DNA from: Formosa sp. Hel1_33_131
GTDB lineage: Bacteria > Bacteroidota > Bacteroidia > Flavobacteriales > Flavobacteriaceae
Assembly: GCF_001735745.1 (NCBI RefSeq)
Contig: NZ_CP017260.1
Span: 2,703,159-2,735,158 of the forward strand
Length of the DNA stretch: 32,000 nucleotides
Direction of reading: 5' to 3'
The notes beneath the pieces were generated by a model that ran no database searches, had not been told where the DNA came from, and saw only the letters and a list, made by a program, of their open reading frames with translations. Position 1 is the first letter of the stretch. Every line of letters begins with the position of its first letter. This document shows, in pieces, positions 24,602 through 32,000 of this stretch. The position numbers were made by a program, and so were the translations under genes.

Positions 24602-26503
24602 TTAAAGTGAATTTTTCATGATTGTTTCCACCACTTCCGGGTTTAGCAAGGTGCTGATGTCTCCTAAATTAGAAGTATCCTTACTGGCAATTTTACGAAG
24701 AATCCGACGCATAATTTTACCAGAACGTGTTTTTGGAAGTCCTGAAGTAAACTGAATTTTATCAAGTTTTGCGATAGGCCCAATTTGTTTACTAATCAAT
24801 TGATTGATTTCGGCTTTTAAACTATCATTAGAGATATCCGAATTTTTTAAGGTTACAAATCCGTACAAAGCACTGCCTTTTATATCGTGAGGATACCCCA
24901 CAATCGCCGATTCCGCTACGTTTGGATGCTCATTAATCGCATCTTCGATAGGAGCCGTTCCAAGGTTGTGTCCCGATACAATAATGACATCATCCACCCG
25001 ACCTGTAATCCGATAATGCCCATTTTCATCTCTTAGTGCGCCATCGCCTGTAAAATACTTTTGATCGTAAGCAGAGAAATACGTCTCTTTATAGCGTTGA
25101 TGATTTCCCCAAATAGTACGTGCCATAGATGGCCAGGGGAATTTAATACACAAACGTCCTTCGACAGAATTGCCCTCTAACTCTACCCCATTTTCATCCA
25201 TCAATGCGGGTTGAATTCCCATAAATGGCAGGGTTGCAAACGCTGGTTTTCCTTCGAAACTGTTGGGGATGGGGGAAATCATAATCCCTCCCGTTTCGGT
25301 TTGCCACCAAGTATCCACAATAGGACATTTATTTTTTCCGATATGGTCATTGTACCAATGCCAAGCTTCTTCATTAATGGGTTCTCCGACCGTTCCTAGA
25401 ATTTTTAAAGACGATAAATCATAAGGAGTCACCACCTCTAAACCTTCTTTAGCCAACGCTCTTATGGCAGTGGGTGCGGTATAAAATTGGGTCACCTTAT
25501 GTTTTTCGACAATGGACCAAAAACGACCGTAATCAGGGTAACTCGGCACACCTTCAAACATCAAGGTCGTAGCGCCGTTTAACAGTGGTCCATACACAAT
25601 ATAACTGTGGCCCGTAATCCAACCAATATCGGCCGTACACCAATAAACATCATTAGGTTCGTATTGAAATATATTTTTAAAGGTATAGGCGGTATATACC
25701 ATATAACCCGCAGTGGTGTGAACCATTCCTTTAGGTTGCCCTGTGGAACCCGATGTATATAATATAAAGAGCGGATCTTCAGCATCCATAACGGTCGCTT
25801 CGCATTTTTCAGAAGCAGTATCTAAAAGTGGTTGCAACCAAAAATCTCTCCCTGAAACCATCGGAATATCGCTGTGAATACGTTTGGCAACGAGTACCGA
25901 TTCAATACCATCACAGTCCAAAAGTGCCGTATCCACAATCGATTTTAAATCAATTGTTTTGGCACCACGGTAACCACCATCACTGGTAATAACCATTTTA
26001 CAGTCGCAATCGTTGATGCGGGTGGATAAGGCCGTTGCTGAGAACCCTGCAAAAACCACCGAGTGAATAGCGCCTATTCGGGCACATGCCAATACTGAAA
26101 TTGCGAGTTCTGGAATCATGGGCAAGTAAATACAAACCCGATCCCCTTTTTGGATGCCTTTGGAATTTAATACATTGGCAAACTGATTGACACGTTTGTG
26201 TAATTCGTTATAAGTAATCGCTTCGGAAGGTTCGTTTGGATTGTTAGGCTCAAATAAAATGGCTGTTTTATCCCCCTTAGTTTCCAAATGGCGGTCGATA
26301 CAATTTTCGGTAATATTGAGTTGTGCACCTTCAAACCAACTGACTTTTGGGATGGAAAAATCCCAATCTAAAACCTTGCTCCAAGGACGTTTCCAAGTGA
26401 AGTTTTTCTTTGCAATGGTCGCCCAAAATTCCTCAGGGTTCTGAATAGCAGCACTATAGTTTTTATTGTAGTCTTCTGAATTTTTAATTTCGAATTTAAT
26501 CAT
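24602..26503 (-). CDS. acs: Acetyl-CoA synthetase (acetate--CoA ligase)
   Basis: 633 aa. YTSGSTGQPKG (AMP-binding motif), WWQTETGG, YFTGDGALRDENGHYRITGRVDDVIIVSGHNLGTAPIE and PKTRSGKIMRR. Confidence 0.95.
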   Translation of the reverse strand: MIKFEIKNSEDYNKNYSAAIQNPEEFWATIAKKNFTWKRPWSKVLDWDFSIPKVSWFEGAQLNITENCIDRHLETKGDKTAILFEPNNPNEPSEAITYNELHKRVNQFANVLNSKGIQKGDRVCIYLPMIPELAISVLACARIGAIHSVVFAGFSATALSTRINDCDCKMVITSDGGYRGAKTIDLKSIVDTALLDCDGIESVLVAKRIHSDIPMVSGRDFWLQPLLDTASEKCEATVMDAEDPLFILYTSGSTGQPKGMVHTTAGYMVYTAYTFKNIFQYEPNDVYWCTADIGWITGHSYIVYGPLLNGATTLMFEGVPSYPDYGRFWSIVEKHKVTQFYTAPTAIRALAKEGLEVVTPYDLSSLKILGTVGEPINEEAWHWYNDHIGKNKCPIVDTWWQTETGGIMISPIPNSFEGKPAFATLPFMGIQPALMDENGVELEGNSVEGRLCIKFPWPSMARTIWGNHQRYKETYFSAYDQKYFTGDGALRDENGHYRITGRVDDVIIVSGHNLGTAPIEDAINEHPNVAESAIVGYPHDIKGSALYGFVTLKNSDISNDSLKAEINQLISKQIGPIAKLDKIQFTSGLPKTRSGKIMRRILRKIASKDTSNLGDISTLLNPEVVETIMKNSL

Positions 26504-26552
26504 GTTTATAAAATTAAGTCCCTAAAGTAATACAATTCGCTCAATCTTTTTA

Positions 26553-26560
26553 TACATTTG
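26553..26560 (+). promoter_or_regulatory. Candidate -7 promoter box TACATTTG
   Basis: Exact TAnnTTTG match, 30 nt upstream of the ATG at 26591. Confidence 0.45.
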
Positions 26561-26590
26561 AAAAGATTAACCAATTAGAGCAACATTAAA

Positions 26591-27790
26591 ATGAATTTTA
26601 AAAATATTCTGCAGGTTTCCTTATTATATTTTATTTTACAAAGTTGTTCATCGAATGATACCTCCACGACCCCCACAGACCCAACAGATAATCTTGAAAC
26701 CCCAGTTGATTTATCTTCTTATTTTTCCGTGGAATTTGATGCCTTGCCTAACTATGCCAATCAAGACATTCCAAATTATATCACAAAAGACAATACACCT
26801 GCAGCAAATCCAATTACAGATGAGGGTGCTATTTTAGGACGTGTTTTGTTTTATGACACCAACCTTTCTTCCGATAATACAGTGGCTTGTGCTAGTTGCC
26901 ATGTTCAAAGTGAGGCTTTTGGCGATGCCGATATAGCGAGTGTTGGGATTAATGGCACTACAGGAAGACATTCAATGCGTTTGGTGAACAATCGTTTTGC
27001 GAATGGAAATGAATTTTTCTGGGACAAACGTGCGGCAACTTTGGAAGCTCAAACAACCCAACCAATTCAGGACCATATTGAAATGGGCTTTAGTGGTGAA
27101 AATGGCGATTTAAGTTTTGACGATTTACTCACAAAACTAGAAAGTATTCCCTACTACCCTGTATTATTCTCCAATGCTTTTGGAACGGAAACTATTTCAG
27201 AAGACCGAATCCAGCAAGTACTTGCACAATTTGTGAGAAGTATTCAATCCTTTGACAGTAAATATGACCAAGGTCGTTCCCTCGCTGCAAACAATAACCA
27301 GCCTTTTCCAAATTTTTCAGCTTTAGAAAACACAGGAAAACAACTATTTAACCAACCTCCTGTTTTTAATAATACCGGAATGCGAATCAATGGAGGAGTT
27401 GGCTGTGCTGGATGCCATCAGGCACCTGAGTTTGATGTAGATCCCAATTCGCTTAACAATGGTGTTATTGGAACAATCAGTGGAATCGGAACCGATTTGA
27501 TCAGTACAAGAGCTCCTAGCCTTAGAGATGTTGTAAAACAAAATGGAGACACCAATGGAAGCTTTATGCACAATGGTGCTTTTGTGGAGCTAATAGACGT
27601 TATCAATCACTACAATGTTATTGATGGGACAGGGAATAACAATTTAGACCCAAGGCTTCGCCCAGCAGGAAATCCACAACGATTGAATATGACTCCTAAT
27701 GAAAAAAATGCATTGGTAGCATTTATGGAAACATTAAGCGGCGCGGATCTTTACACAAATTCCAAATGGAGTAACCCTTTTATTGATTAA
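26591..27790 (+). CDS. Di-haem cytochrome c peroxidase (CCP/MauG family), probable lipoprotein
   Basis: 399 aa. Lipobox ILQSCSS. Two CxxCH haem-binding motifs, CASCH and CAGCH, spaced as in the CCP family. Confidence 0.85.
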   Translation: MNFKNILQVSLLYFILQSCSSNDTSTTPTDPTDNLETPVDLSSYFSVEFDALPNYANQDIPNYITKDNTPAANPITDEGAILGRVLFYDTNLSSDNTVACASCHVQSEAFGDADIASVGINGTTGRHSMRLVNNRFANGNEFFWDKRAATLEAQTTQPIQDHIEMGFSGENGDLSFDDLLTKLESIPYYPVLFSNAFGTETISEDRIQQVLAQFVRSIQSFDSKYDQGRSLAANNNQPFPNFSALENTGKQLFNQPPVFNNTGMRINGGVGCAGCHQAPEFDVDPNSLNNGVIGTISGIGTDLISTRAPSLRDVVKQNGDTNGSFMHNGAFVELIDVINHYNVIDGTGNNNLDPRLRPAGNPQRLNMTPNEKNALVAFMETLSGADLYTNSKWSNPFID

Positions 27791-27828
27791 TCCTTTTTAA
27801 TTAAAACTCATTTTCGATTTTAATACTC

Positions 27829-27836
27829 TAACTTTG
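27829..27836 (+). promoter_or_regulatory. Candidate -7 promoter box TAACTTTG
   Basis: Exact TAnnTTTG match, 19 nt upstream of the TTG start at 27856. Confidence 0.45.
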
Positions 27837-27855
27837 CGGTTAAACCAATTTAACT

Positions 27856-28965
27856 TTGCAATTAAAACGTCTCTACTTCATTGACGCTATAAGAGCCTTT
27901 GCGATCTTAATGATGCTTCAAGGTCATTTTATAGACACATTATTAGCGGTCGAATATCGAGATGCTAACAACTTAGCTTTTAATACTTGGAAGTATTTTA
28001 GAGGCATCACTGCGCCAGTGTTTTTTACAATTTCAGGATTAATTTTTACGTATTTACTTCTAAAAGCTAAAGAAAAAGGTACACTCAACTTTCGAATGCG
28101 AAAGGGAGTCGTTCGAGGACTAATGTTGATTGGGATTGGCTATGCACTTCGAATTCCACTTTTCAGATGGCTCACAGGGTCTTTTGGAACTTATTTTATG
28201 GTGATTGATGTATTGCAGATTATTGGACTCTCACTAATTTTGATTGTGGGTGTGTATATCCTCACTCAAAAGAAGACCTTATTATTTTCTATTACCATGC
28301 TTTGTTTGGGAACTTTAGTGTTTCTAACCGAACCCTTTTATAGAACCTTTACAGCGGAAGGCATCCCCTTACTGTTTGCCAATTATCTTACAAAAGTAAA
28401 TGGGTCTGTATTTACAATTGTCCCTTGGTTTGGTTACATGGCCTATGGTGCTTTTATTGCGACCTTATTTTATGGTTATTTATTACATCCACGGTTTAAA
28501 ACTGCCATTGTAACTGGATTTTTTACGGTAGGTTTTGGTTTGATTCTTGGGTCTTCCGCCTTCTTACATTGGCTTGCAACAACATCCGATTTTATACTCT
28601 TCTCCGAAGTTGCTAACTATAATTATTTATTTGTTCGACTTGGAAATGTTCTAATACTATTTGGATTGTTTTATGCCTTAGAATCCTATTTAAAACATGC
28701 TGTAATTTTAAAAATTGGACAAAAAACTCTTTCCATTTATGTGTTACACTTTATTCTTCTTTACGGAAGTTTTACAGGCTTGGGCCTTAACAAAATCTTT
28801 GGGAAAAACTTAAGCCCATTTCAAGCAATTACAGGTGCCCTTTGTTTTTTGGTAATCGTAAGTCTTCTTTCAATATATATATCTAAAGCCAATAAGCAAT
28901 TAAGTGATTATATTAGAAAAAAAGCACAACTCCCAAAACCGACTATAAAGTCTTTAAATACGTAA
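27856..28965 (+). CDS. Polytopic membrane acyltransferase-like protein (heparan-alpha-glucosaminide N-acetyltransferase/DUF1624-like)
   Basis: 369 aa with about 10 TM helices. The N-terminus [21 protein letters not shown] is typical of this family. It has a TTG start and no nearby in-frame ATG upstream of the first TM helix. Confidence 0.6.
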   Translation: MQLKRLYFIDAIRAFAILMMLQGHFIDTLLAVEYRDANNLAFNTWKYFRGITAPVFFTISGLIFTYLLLKAKEKGTLNFRMRKGVVRGLMLIGIGYALRIPLFRWLTGSFGTYFMVIDVLQIIGLSLILIVGVYILTQKKTLLFSITMLCLGTLVFLTEPFYRTFTAEGIPLLFANYLTKVNGSVFTIVPWFGYMAYGAFIATLFYGYLLHPRFKTAIVTGFFTVGFGLILGSSAFLHWLATTSDFILFSEVANYNYLFVRLGNVLILFGLFYALESYLKHAVILKIGQKTLSIYVLHFILLYGSFTGLGLNKIFGKNLSPFQAITGALCFLVIVSLLSIYISKANKQLSDYIRKKAQLPKPTIKSLNT

Positions 28966-29896
28966 GAATGTTGGTTTCTATACGCGATTGAATATCAGAA
29001 ACATCGGCTTTTACAAAAGTTTCTCCTGTGATATTTTCATACAATTCGATGTAACGTTCACTTACTGTTACTATATAATCGTCATTCATTTCAGGAACGG
29101 TTTGTCCTTCTAGCCCTTGGAAATTTTTGCTAATCAACCACTGACGCACAAACTCTTTAGAGAGTTGTTTTTGAGACTCATTATTGGCTTGACGTGCTTC
29201 ATACCCCTCTGCGTAAAAATAACGCGAGGAATCGGGTGTATGGATTTCATCGATTAACACAATAACTCCTTCTTTAGTTTTACCAAATTCATATTTTGTA
29301 TCCACTAAAATTAGCCCTCTTGAGGCCGCAATTTCAGATCCTCTTTTAAATAATTTACGGGTATAATCTTCTAAAACCACATAATCGGCTTCAGAAACAA
29401 TGCCACGTTTCAGAATGTCTTCTCTAGAAATATCTTCATCATGATCGCCCATTTCAGCCTTGGTTGCAGGCGTAATAATGGGGGTTGGAAAGGCGTCATT
29501 TTCTTTTAGACCATCTGGCATGGATACACCACAAAGCGAACGTTTTCCTGCGGAATATTCGCGAGCCGCATGGCCAGACATATAGCCTCTGATGACCATT
29601 TCTACTTTGAAGGGTTCACACAGATGTCCCACAGCTACGTTGGGATCTGGAGTGGCAATCAACCAATTTGGAACAATATCAGCCGTGGCTGCCATCATTT
29701 TTGTAGCAATTTGATTTAGAATTTGACCTTTAAAAGGAATGCCTTTTGGCATCACTACATCAAAAGCTGACAAGCGATCGGTCGCTACCATCACTAAAAG
29801 ATCATCGTTTATGTTATAGACTTCTCTTACTTTTCCTTTGTAAAGATTCGATTGTCCTGGGAATTCAAAATTTGTATCGGTAATGGTATGACTCAT
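28943..29896 (-). CDS. purC: Phosphoribosylaminoimidazole-succinocarboxamide (SAICAR) synthase, long form
   Basis: 317 aa. [19 protein letters not shown], and [11 protein letters not shown] with [11 protein letters not shown]. Confidence 0.9.
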   Translation of the reverse strand: MSHTITDTNFEFPGQSNLYKGKVREVYNINDDLLVMVATDRLSAFDVVMPKGIPFKGQILNQIATKMMAATADIVPNWLIATPDPNVAVGHLCEPFKVEMVIRGYMSGHAAREYSAGKRSLCGVSMPDGLKENDAFPTPIITPATKAEMGDHDEDISREDILKRGIVSEADYVVLEDYTRKLFKRGSEIAASRGLILVDTKYEFGKTKEGVIVLIDEIHTPDSSRYFYAEGYEARQANNESQKQLSKEFVRQWLISKNFQGLEGQTVPEMNDDYIVTVSERYIELYENITGETFVKADVSDIQSRIETNILTYLKTL

Positions 29897-29905
29897 GCTA
29901 TTCTT

Positions 29906-30859
29906 TTAATCTCTGTTTTCAATATGTTTATAGGCTTCAATTACTTTTTTGACCAATTTATGACGGATGACATCTTTATCGTCTAAAAATATCATGCCCA
30001 CGCCTTCAATATCCTTTAATATTAAAAGGGCTTCTTTAAGTCCTGAAATGGTACGTCTTGGCAAATCTATTTGCCCGGGATCGCCTGTTAAAAGAAATTT
30101 AGCATCTTTTCCCATTCGCGTCAAAAACATTTTCATTTGAGCGTGGGTCGTGTTTTGACCTTCATCTAAAATCACAAAGGCATGATCTAATGTGCGACCT
30201 CTCATAAATGCTAAAGGTGCAATTTGAATGGTGCCATTTTCGATATAGGTTTCTAATTTTTCAGGGGGGATCATATCTCTTAGCGCATCGTACAAAGGCT
30301 GCATATAAGGATCTAATTTTTCTTTTAAATCCCCTGGTAAAAAGCCTAAATTCTCCCCTGCTTCCACCGCAGGACGCGTCAAAATAATCCGTTTGACTTC
30401 TTTATTTTTGAGGGCTCTAACTGCCAGTGCGACCCCTGTATAGGTTTTACCGGTTCCAGCAGGGCCTATCGCAAATACCATGTCATTTTTATAAACACTG
30501 TCCACCAATTTCCGTTGATTGGCTGTTTGTGCTTTGATCAAGCGTCCATTGACCCCATGTACAATAACTTCCCCACTTTTTGAGGACGTATCATAGTCGG
30601 CTTTAGAATCACTTGTAAGCACACGTTCGATCATGTTTTCATCTAATTTATTGAATTTCTGAAAGTGACTTAACAGCATTTTCATGCGTTTGTCAAATTC
30701 TGCTAATAAATCTTCATCGCCAAAGGCGGTGATTTTTGTACCCCGAGCTACAATTTTTAGCTTTGGGAAGTACATTTTTAAAAGTTCAATGTTTTTGTTT
30801 TGAGGACCAAAAAACTCTTTTGGTGTAATATCTATTAACTCAATTATTAGTTCATTCAA
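29906..30859 (-). CDS. PhoH-family ATPase
   Basis: 317 aa. Walker A GPAGTGKTY, Walker B/DEGQ FVILDEGQN, and LTGDPGQIDLP. The start is TTG (30857-30859) with no in-frame ATG nearby. Confidence 0.9.
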   Translation of the reverse strand: MNELIIELIDITPKEFFGPQNKNIELLKMYFPKLKIVARGTKITAFGDEDLLAEFDKRMKMLLSHFQKFNKLDENMIERVLTSDSKADYDTSSKSGEVIVHGVNGRLIKAQTANQRKLVDSVYKNDMVFAIGPAGTGKTYTGVALAVRALKNKEVKRIILTRPAVEAGENLGFLPGDLKEKLDPYMQPLYDALRDMIPPEKLETYIENGTIQIAPLAFMRGRTLDHAFVILDEGQNTTHAQMKMFLTRMGKDAKFLLTGDPGQIDLPRRTISGLKEALLILKDIEGVGMIFLDDKDVIRHKLVKKVIEAYKHIENRD

Positions 30860-30967
30860 AGGGCTGTTTGGTTTAGTGGGTTTATGATTCTATTCAATAC
30901 TATAAATGTAGTCACAATTTAGTAGAATTTTTAAGACTGTTAATAAAAATTTAAAACAAAAATTGTG

Positions 30968-30975
30968 TAGGTTTG
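30968..30975 (+). promoter_or_regulatory. Candidate -7 promoter box TAGGTTTG
   Basis: Exact TAnnTTTG match, 59 nt upstream of the ATG at 31035. Confidence 0.35.
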
Positions 30976-31034
30976 TATATCTTAAAAGATCAGATTTTTA
31001 AGGGTTTATTTAATCTTAACAATACGAAGCGCCA

Positions 31035-31871
31035 ATGGCCATCATCACTTTAACGACCGATTTCGGAACAAAAGATCATTTTGCAGGAGCTGTAAAAGGT
31101 GCCTTGCTGTCTGAAATTGTAGAAGCTAAAGTTGTGGACATCTCACATAATATTGCACCATTTAGTATTTTAGAAGCGGCCTATGTGATTCAAAATGCCT
31201 TTGAAAGTTTTCCTGTGGGGAGTATTCATATTATTGGTGTTGACTCCGAAATAAGTGAAGAAAATAAACATATTGTAGTACAGCTTAACGACCATTATTT
31301 TATTTGTGCTAATAATGGGATTATGAGTATGATTTGTTCTGAAATCAATCCACAGAAAATTGTAGAAGTAAATATTCATGATAAAATTTCAACCAGTTTC
31401 CCAGTGTTGGATGTGTTTGTGAAAGTTGCTGCCCACATTGCCCGTGGTGGTACTTTAGAGGTGGTTGGGAAAATCATTACAGAAATCAAACCCATTAAAA
31501 ACATTGCGCCTATTGTGAAGGATGATGGGAATCAGTTGATCGGAAATGTGATTTATGTGGACCATTATGGCAACGTGATTACGAACATAAAAAAGCGCTT
31601 TTTTGAATCGGTACAAAAAGGACGTCGGTTTGAGATTTCGGCACGGAATCATAAATTCAAACGGATTTATAACCATTATAGCGATATAGTTGATTTTAAC
31701 ATTTCGGCAGAATTTCGCAATGATGAAGGGCAAGGACTGGTTGTGTTTAATTCTTCCGAGTATCTCGAAATTGCGGTGTATCGGAGCAATCTAGCCACAG
31801 TGGGCAGTGCTTCTACCCTGTTGGGATTGGATATGATGGATAGTATTTCGATTAATTTTTTCAAAGATTAA
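31035..31871 (+). CDS. SAM hydrolase / SAM-dependent halogenase-family protein (DUF62, S-adenosyl-L-methionine hydroxide adenosyltransferase-like)
   Basis: 278 aa. The N-terminus IITLTTDFGTKDHFAGAVKGAL is the family hallmark, with VIYVDHYGNVITNI in the C-terminal domain. Confidence 0.8.
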   Translation: MAIITLTTDFGTKDHFAGAVKGALLSEIVEAKVVDISHNIAPFSILEAAYVIQNAFESFPVGSIHIIGVDSEISEENKHIVVQLNDHYFICANNGIMSMICSEINPQKIVEVNIHDKISTSFPVLDVFVKVAAHIARGGTLEVVGKIITEIKPIKNIAPIVKDDGNQLIGNVIYVDHYGNVITNIKKRFFESVQKGRRFEISARNHKFKRIYNHYSDIVDFNISAEFRNDEGQGLVVFNSSEYLEIAVYRSNLATVGSASTLLGLDMMDSISINFFKD

Positions 31872-31887
31872 GTTGAAACAAGTACTG

Positions 31888-31950
31888 TTTGATGCTTCAA
31901 AAAGCTATCAACCTTATGTTAATAAGTTTCTTTTAATAATAAGCATCAAA
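31888..31950. repeat. 10-bp perfect inverted repeat with a 43-nt spacer downstream of the SAM-hydrolase gene
   Basis: TTTGATGCTT (31888-31897) and AAGCATCAAA (31941-31950) are exact reverse complements. The loop is too long for a classical terminator. Confidence 0.6.
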
Positions 31951-31954
31951 AAGA

Positions 31955-31962
31955 TATATTTG
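31955..31962 (+). promoter_or_regulatory. Candidate -7 promoter box TATATTTG for a gene beyond the right edge
   Basis: Exact TAnnTTTG match. No gene start is visible before the window ends, so this is speculative. Confidence 0.25.
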
Positions 31963-32000
31963 TAGTAACCCAATTATTAAATTTATAATACACATCACAG

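Noticed and set aside
10210-28965. Convergent gene pairs whose 3' ends overlap (10210-10213, 16612-16615 and 23525-23528 by 4 nt; 28943-28965 by 23 nt).
   Set aside because: This is common in compact bacterial genomes. The overlaps involve only the stop codons or a few C-terminal codons, and nothing suggests antisense regulation.
39-31864. All the 60-93 aa ORFs in the track that lie inside or antisense to larger genes: 39-236, 428-613, 522-758, 1530-1733, 8796-8978, 9219-9401, 10688-10876, 11198-11479, 12922-13134, 13948-14145, 16634-16822, 17537-17794, 18245-18454, 18557-18748, 19280-19462, 21257-21487, 22095-22340, 22811-23008, 23694-23897, 25211-25399, 25579-25785, 26241-26444, 26655-26837, 27344-27571, 27418-27606, 31170-31379, 31455-31733 and 31676-31864.
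   Set aside because: Each one overlaps a longer ORF that has clear family motifs. Their translations are low-complexity or rich in Phe/Ile/Leu/Ser, as expected for shadow frames in AT-rich DNA, and I recognise no motifs in them.
1-32000. Search by eye for CRISPR arrays, tRNA/rRNA genes, transposases, integrases, toxin-antitoxin pairs and phage structural genes.
   Set aside because: I saw no regularly spaced 25-40 bp repeats, no tRNA-like cloverleaf candidates in any intergenic gap, and no ORF with recombinase or transposase motifs. The only integrase-like sequence is the arm-like domain fused to the methyltransferase.
1-32000. Avoidance of CCWGG or CCSGG (the MvaI/BcnI-type targets) as a clue to the R-M specificity.
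   Set aside because: Both motif classes occur repeatedly in the window, for example CCTGG near 201, 8711, 12473, 16781 and 29856, CCAGG near 9555, 21932 and 24329, and CCCGG/CCGGG near 816, 11164 and 30074. There is no evident avoidance, and none is required when the sites are methylated. Specificity cannot be inferred this way.

Overview
This 32-kb AT-rich chromosomal segment looks like a Flavobacteriia (Bacteroidota) genome. Three things point that way: one protein carries a T9SS C-terminal sorting domain, many genes have a Bacteroidetes-type -7 promoter box (TAnnTTTG) 15-60 nt upstream of the start, and there are no obvious Shine-Dalgarno sites. I count 31 protein-coding genes, one of them a partial gene at the left edge that is missing from the ORF track. 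I recognised no rRNA, tRNA, CRISPR array, transposase or integrase gene. Most of the window is ordinary housekeeping: acs, purC, phoH-like, rlmF, a dbpA-like and a second DEAD-box helicase, a cold-shock protein, an M42 peptidase, Nudix, MFS, ZIP, cytochrome c peroxidase and others. The best candidate for something new is a visibly lower-GC two-gene restriction-modification island (4614-8005) in which both partners have unusual architecture. The C5 cytosine methyltransferase carries an N-terminal domain that looks like a Bacteroidetes integrase arm-type DNA-binding domain, plus a ~215-aa insertion between motifs VI and VIII. Its promoter and leader contain four CGGAC repeats spaced 12/6/12 bp. 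The nuclease pairs an MvaI/BcnI/MutH-like catalytic half with an extra ~165-aa N-terminal domain. Secondary observations are an apparently circularly permuted photolyase homolog next to a canonical one, a dioxygenase-like protein with both a Tat signal and a T9SS sorting domain, a phased triple direct repeat in a convergent intergenic gap, a perfectly palindromic divergent promoter, and a 17-nt element shared by the csp and SF2-helicase promoters. All domain calls come from reading motifs in the translations. No database search was possible, so family names are recognitions rather than hits.
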